From: Anthoceros angustus
Lineage: Eukaryota > Plantae > Anthocerotophyta
Length of the DNA stretch: 64,000 nucleotides
Direction of reading: 5' to 3'
Assembly (NCBI GenBank): GCA_010909165.1
Contig: MU008179.1
Coordinates: 310,001-374,000, forward strand
Shown: piece after piece, positions 59,321 through 64,000 of the stretch
Position numbering within the stretch: position 1 is the stretch's first letter
How the letters are laid out: each line of letters starts with the position of its first letter
Notes under the pieces: generated by a model
What the model was told of the DNA's origin: nothing
What the model saw: the letters and a program-made list of their open reading frames with translations, nothing else
Databases searched by the model: none
Position numbers and translations under genes: made by a program

Positions 59321-61177
59321 CTACTCCAACAAGGGCTTTTCCAGGTCGGTGTAGCCGTTCTCCACAACCTTGGACTCTTCATCCTTCACCTCCTGCTCGG
59401 TCTTCTTGCCCTTCTTGGACTTGTAGTAAACGCTCATGAAGGTGCCAACAGCCTTGTACTTGTTGCGGCAGGCGTGGTAGAGGGAGGCGTCAAACATGCG
59501 CCAGAAATCCGTCTCGTTCAGCTCCGACACTGCGTAGAGCGCCTGGAAGGAGTTGTTCTCGATGAGCCACTGCTCCATCTTAGCCACAGCCTCCGCCCCA
59601 TCGAAAACCTCGCCCCGGAAAACAGGCTCCGGGGTGTAGTAGAGGCCCACATCCGTGAACATCTGCGCGTAGCTGGTGTCGCCCGGCCGATGGTGCAGGT
59701 CGAAGTCCGGCTCGGGGAAGATCATGGTCTTGTAGGGCGCCTTGAAGATGCGGTGCGGGCAGAGCCAGATGGGGTACAGCTGCGCCCGGCCAGAGAGGGG
59801 GAACTTAATTAACCCATATCGCGCAGCGAAGGTGCGCTGCCACACCAGGAGCAGGAAAGCAAAGCAAAGCAAAGCAAAGCAAAGCAAAGCAAAGGCAGGA
59901 GGAAGGCAGAGACAAGGAACCTCGAACTCCCGGTCGGAGAACTCCATGGCGTCAGCCACCTTGTAGAGCGGGACGAGCATGTCCTGGATCACGTGCCGCT
60001 CGTGGTAGTAGTTGCGGATGGCGTCGCCCTGCGTGGCCTTGAGGAAGGAGACCTTGGGGGGCATGAGCCAGCCGAAGAACCAGCGGAACCACCACTGGTC
60101 CGCGAAGGGGAGGATGAGCTTGCCCTCCCAGTAGAGGCAGCGGGTGTGGCGGTGGTAGTAGTCCCGGGTAGGGATGTACTCCACGAAGGGGCCCTTGGTG
60201 AGGGCCGTCTGCGCGTGCTGGTAGAACCAGGGTTTGAACCACCAGCCCTGCTGGTTGATGGTGTTGCCCTTCCGCTTGGCCTCCTCCTCGGACGCGTAGC
60301 GCCCCACCATCATGACGCCCTCGGAGGCGGAGTACACCATGCCCTCCACGAAGTCCGGCACCTTCTCAGGGTTATCCTGGTCACCATCGCGGGGCGCGAA
60401 GGAGTCGGAGTAGGCCTGCGCCAGCTCGCGGATGGTGCCCCGCACCGGGGTGTAGTGCACCCGCATGTAGGGCTGGATGTCGATGAGCTTGATCTCGGCC
60501 GCCACCAGCAGCCCCAGCGTGCCCTGGGACCAGGGGATGGCGTAGAAGAGGTCCTGGTACTGGTTATCCCGGGTGGCGCGCACCAGCTGCCCGTCCGCCA
60601 GGATGATCTCGTACGCCACCACCGTGTCCGCGAAGAGGCCGTAGATGTGCGAGCTCCCCTCGATGCCGTAGCCGTTGATGAGGCCGCCCACGGTGAGGTC
60701 GTCCAGCTCCGCCACCACCGCCAGGGACAGGTTGAGCGGGACCGTGATGCGCGTGATCTGCCCCATGGACACCAGGGGCTCGCAGCGCGCGATCTTGCGC
60801 TCCGCGTCCACCTCCAGCACCTGCCGGAAGGCCGACAGGTCCACCTCGAAGTGCCGCGCGCGCTTGTAGTCCACATTGCGCATGCCTACCGCCACCCATG
60901 GCTTCCGCGCCGTGCACACCAGGCCGTCCTTCTGCGGATCCCGCTCCTGCAGCCGCTTCTGGACCTTGCGCACCTCCTCGTCGTGCTCCTTCTGCCGCTG
61001 CTCGTAGCTCTTGCGCGCGGACCACCAGTCCCCCCACCACTTGTACGTGTCGAAGGCCAGCGACACCGGCAACACCACGAAGATCACCAGGATCCACCGG
61101 AACTGCACCGCCCAGTCCACCCACGTCTTCGCCTTCTTCTCCCGCAGCGGCTTCTCCAGCTCCGACGACGACGCCAT
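59321..61177 (-). CDS. DWF1: Delta(24)-sterol reductase (DIMINUTO/DWARF1); exons 61177-59921 and 59779-59321, 571 aa
   Basis: Motifs CTARKPWVAVGMRNVDYK, ELDDLTVGGLINGYGIEGSSHIYGLF (FAD-binding), PWSQGTLG and YPIWLCPH. One 141-nt GT-AG intron. Confidence 0.96.
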   Translation of the reverse strand: MASSSELEKPLREKKAKTWVDWAVQFRWILVIFVVLPVSLAFDTYKWWGDWWSARKSYEQRQKEHDEEVRKVQKRLQERDPQKDGLVCTARKPWVAVGMRNVDYKRARHFEVDLSAFRQVLEVDAERKIARCEPLVSMGQITRITVPLNLSLAVVAELDDLTVGGLINGYGIEGSSHIYGLFADTVVAYEIILADGQLVRATRDNQYQDLFYAIPWSQGTLGLLVAAEIKLIDIQPYMRVHYTPVRGTIRELAQAYSDSFAPRDGDQDNPEKVPDFVEGMVYSASEGVMMVGRYASEEEAKRKGNTINQQGWWFKPWFYQHAQTALTKGPFVEYIPTRDYYHRHTRCLYWEGKLILPFADQWWFRWFFGWLMPPKVSFLKATQGDAIRNYYHERHVIQDMLVPLYKVADAMEFSDREFEVPCLCLPPAFALLCFALLCFAFLLLVWQRTFAARYGLIKFPLSGRAQLYPIWLCPHRIFKAPYKTMIFPEPDFDLHHRPGDTSYAQMFTDVGLYYTPEPVFRGEVFDGAEAVAKMEQWLIENNSFQALYAVSELNETDFWRMFDASLYHACRNKYKAVGTFMSVYYKSKKGKKTEQEVKDEESKVVENGYTDLEKPLLE

Positions 61178-61576
61178 GCCGCCTCACCCGACACCCGCTC
61201 TTCGCTCCCGCCCCCGGAACTCGAAACCCGAAAACCTGGGCGCCAAACTCCGACTTCTACCGACCGAGCCCGCGCACCCACAGGCTTAGCCGCGCCTCCA
61301 ACCCAACTCCAGCCCTGCCCGATGCCCGATTCGTCTGGCCTGCGTCCTGCGTCCTGCGTTTAGCCAGACGAGGCGCTGTACAAACGGTCACATGTCCGGT
61401 AAACGGAGCCACGCATGTGGCCACGACCGGACGTGACCACCAGCCTGGATGGGATGGATTGGGATGGATTGGATGATGGATGGATTGGATGATGGATGGA
61501 TATTTAGATACCGGCTACTCAAACTCAAACCGGCATGCCAATACATATATACATATACCATAGGTGGAATAATATA

Positions 61577-62090
61577 TAGGCATAGGCATAGGCATAGGCA
61601 TAGGCATAGGCATAGGCATAGGCATAGGCATAGGCATAGGCATAGGCATAGGCATAGCATGGGCATGGGCATGGGCATGAGCATGGCATGGGCATGGGCA
61701 TGGGCATAGGCATAGGCATAGGCATGGGCATGAGCATGGGCATGGGCATGAGCATGGCATGGGCATGGGCATGGGCATGGGCACAGGCATGGGCATGGGC
61801 AGGCATAGGCATAGGCATGGGCATGGGCATGCAGGCATGGGCATAGCAGGCATAGGCATGAGCATGGGCATGAGGCATGGGCATGGGCATGGGCATGGGC
61901 ATAGGCATAGCATGGGCATGAGCAGGCATGCAGGCATGAGCATGAGCATGGGCATGGGCATGGGCATAGGCATAGGCATAGGCATAGGCATAGGCATAGG
62001 CATAGGCATAGGCATAGGCATAGGCATAGGCATAGGCATAGGCATAGGCATAGGCATAGGCATAGGCATAGGCATAGGCATAGGCATAGG
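61577..62090. repeat. Compound hexamer satellite (GGCATA)n-(GGCATG)n-(GGCATA)n, ~510 bp
   Basis: Pure ggcata flanks around a variant ggcatg/agcatg core. A separate (GGAT)-rich tract lies at 61447-61500. Confidence 0.95.
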
Positions 62091-62917
62091 AACAAAAATC
62101 AACCACGGCTACGGGGAATATATACCTATAAAGAACAAAATACTTTGTAAATATAACATATAATAAAAAAAGTCATAGTATGTAGCAATCTAGGAATTGT
62201 GAGGTACTTGGGTATATTTGTCACAGCATAATGTCTGCAACCTCGAAACGCCAATGAATTATTTTTCATTGGGCACGTGGCAAGAACTTTGGGGCCTTAA
62301 CACCCAGACGACACTTGTTTCTAGGCTAAAGGCAAATGGTAGATAACATTCGACATATAACCCTAACTTGGAAGTATGGGAATGAGTAACATTTAAAGTA
62401 TACATAATATTTATCGGGATAGCACTTACGAGGGTAGACTATATTGATGCCAGGAATCCTTGCCCTTCGCTCAGCAATTAGTATTTGCATATGATTAATG
62501 TGGTGCCCTGGCTAGCTCCCGGACATGGCATCATGTTTAACACGCAATGGAATTTGAAAGCTGAGTGTAGAAATCGAACTCACACTACCTACGCGCTAGA
62601 AGACATTACGAATACGTTCTGCCTAAGAATACAGGAAAAACCGCCGGTGTGGAAAATCGGGTTTGGCAGACGACCGAGGAATGATGTATGACATTTGAAT
62701 GTCGTTTATATTGAATAGAATCGAAAGCGGAAGGTATGTATGTATGTATGTATGTATACAAGTCCGGACTCACGGTACGTTCTCATACGCACACCCCGCG
62801 GCCTAGTAATATCTACCTACAACGGCGACAAAATGGAACTGATAAATACGGTAGATAGACGAATGGTTCGTTCAAAATGGACACGAGCCAAGTACCTTCT
62901 CATCGTGAGATTAGGCA

Positions 62918-64000
62918 CTACGACCCCGCTGGGGCAACTCGAGCTCTGTACATCAGAATGTAGGCCATGTGCCAATCCCCTGTCACAGCCACCTCCCTGT
63001 CAGGCACCAGCTGGAAAGAAAGGAAAAAGAAAGCGAAAGGAGAGCCGCAACTTCAATCAGGCAAAAAGAAGCCTGTTCTCTCCTCCGTGACGCACCTCCT
63101 CCCGAAAGCTTGGTGATCTCCTCTTCCCTTTGAGGGATCGGCTTAGCGTCATCGTACTCGATCCATTTACCTGATTCAAGGCCAGGGCCACGTTAACTCA
63201 GAAGTAAGTCAAACGCCGGACCAGCTACCCATCGATGCCCCAAAAGGTTGCACACACCATTCTCTTGCTTGACCCACGCCACGTAGTGTCCCGAATCGAT
63301 GCTCCGGCCCTTGTGGGTCAACACCGTACCCAAGTCGTAAATCCCTGTCAACCGTGAGCTGCCTGCAAAGGATACGAGAGTAAGATGTACTTTGCACTCG
63401 TTAGGGATTTCTGGTGGCGAGGTAGCTGCACGAATGGACACTGTCATGCAAGCTCGGACACAGACCTCCGTCCGCAAAATTCCCGGATGAAGACGGGGCC
63501 GTGGCTTGGCCCCATTGCTGAAAAGTGGCACCAGGTGTGTCAGCAAGCGGTGATATCATCCCTCAACTCATCGGCCCACAGGCAACCCCCACACAGGAGG
63601 AGCAGCGAAACATCATCACTCACCTCTGCATCTGCGGTTTCTTTCCCCTTCACACGTTGGTTTTCAGCGGAGCCTTGGTTAGTCTCAGTCGCAGAACCTC
63701 TTGCTGTGAGGCCAGCCTGCACATCCTCTGCCCTGCGTAGTGCCTGAAACCACGAGCACGAGTTGTAGGCAAATGTCGCCAGCTGCTCAGGACCTAAGAT
63801 ATCAAAGCAACTGAGGACCCGATACCCGCGTACCTCTCTAGGCTCCTTCAACTTCGCTTTGAGCTCATCGGTGCAGAAGTCGAAAACGTCCAAAACTAGT
63901 GGAAAATCCACTTTCTGACCACCACAGATACATGGCTCCAGTTAGTAAAAGCAATACTGGATAGCAAACCCGAGATTACATGGATGGTTACGACACCACA
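62918..64000 (-). CDS. UBP6: Ubiquitin-specific protease UBP6/UBP7 (USP14 homologue), 3' exons
   Basis: VDFPLVLDVFDFCTDELK; His box YDLGTVLTHKGRSIDSGHYVAWVKQEN; GKWIEYDD...ITKLSGGGDWHMAYILMYRAR. Stop at 62918-62920. Confidence 0.9.

Noticed and set aside
59993-61363. 456-aa plus-strand ORF and other overlapping ORFs
   Set aside because: Antisense or alternate-frame shadows of GC3-rich DWF1.
61388-62163. Poly-(LC), (MP), (YA) and (GI) ORFs
   Set aside because: Translations of a stop-free hexamer satellite.

Overview
Nuclear genomic window of a land plant, probably a non-seed plant with flagellated sperm. This is inferred from short spliceosomal introns, plastid-targeted genes and a ciliary coiled-coil gene. 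Recognisable genes in order: MRNIP-like (5' part, GC-AG intron), an At2g30100-like PPR protein, chloroplast ATP synthase b' (ATPG), two divergent cysteine-synthase (OAS-TL/BSAS) genes with a chimeric internally deleted copy between them, a DUF810/PATROL1 (Munc13-like) gene, an MRS2/CorA Mg transporter in two tandem copies, an uncharacterised protein with a PP1-docking-like motif and C-terminal CaaX box, a secreted Cys-rich protein in an AT-rich island, a CCDC151/ODA-docking-complex-like coiled-coil gene, DWF1 (sterol Delta24 reductase) and the 3' end of UBP6/USP14. The stretch ~4-23 kb is a transposon-derived cluster (solo LTR with TSD, LTR-like modules, decayed ORFs, minisatellites) with no RT, integrase or transposase that I can recognise. 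The window carries many direct tandem duplications joined at short microhomologies, with deletion-rich copies. They may be real template-switch rearrangements or long-read assembly/amplification artefacts, and need read-level checking. No rRNA, tRNA or CRISPR array is supported.
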